Source of the DNA: an uncultured cyanobacterium
GTDB taxonomy: Bacteria > Cyanobacteriota > Cyanobacteriia > Cyanobacteriales > Nostocaceae
Direction: 5' to 3'
DNA: 64,000 nt
NCBI GenBank assembly: GCA_963740315.1
Contig: CAVUDP010000002.1
Span: 2,048,001 to 2,112,000 of the forward strand
This document shows, one piece after another, positions 63,978 through 64,000 of the stretch; position 1 is the stretch's first letter, and each line of letters starts with the position of its first letter. The notes under the pieces are model-generated. The model did not search any database. It worked only from the letters and a program-made list of their open reading frames with translations, and had not been told where the DNA came from. The position numbers were made by a program, and so were the translations under genes.

Positions 63978-64000
63978 ATGCCATCAAATTAAGCAGATTG

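Overview
Chromosomal window from a filamentous, probably heterocystous cyanobacterium (Nostocales, Rivularia/Calothrix-like). This is inferred from the dense HIP1 GCGATCGC sites, heptamer/octamer STRR tracts, cyanophycin genes and scytonemin genes. The left half is mostly housekeeping: peroxiredoxin, sipA, cbiX with a cobalamin riboswitch, three Spy/CpxP-like genes facing a NarX/NarL-type two-component pair, a K+ channel, cmpABCD divergent from a beta carbonic anhydrase, a frameshifted cphA2 plus cphB2, rpsO, PAM68, aroF, tyrA and tRNA-His. The right third (42.2-64 kb, minus strand) is the downstream part of a scytonemin cluster with the ebo genes embedded: scyF-eboA-eboB-eboC-glycosyltransferase-tyrA-dsbA-aroB/eboD-eboE-eboF-trpE-PEP-CTERM-trpC-trpA-trpB-trpD, ending in a truncated aroG. 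The most unusual part lies between that cluster and tRNA-His (33.5-41.7 kb): a tandemly duplicated two-gene cassette of very acidic proteins with no visible signal peptide. One partner is a Gly/NPF/FG-repeat low-complexity protein; the other carries NPF repeats plus a conserved 9x GNGNW repeat domain that looks like a beta-solenoid. Each copy is preceded by a DAHP-synthase (aroG) remnant, and the copies are separated by a five-unit CTAG-joined MITE-like array. No database searches were run; all family calls come from motif recognition and gene context.
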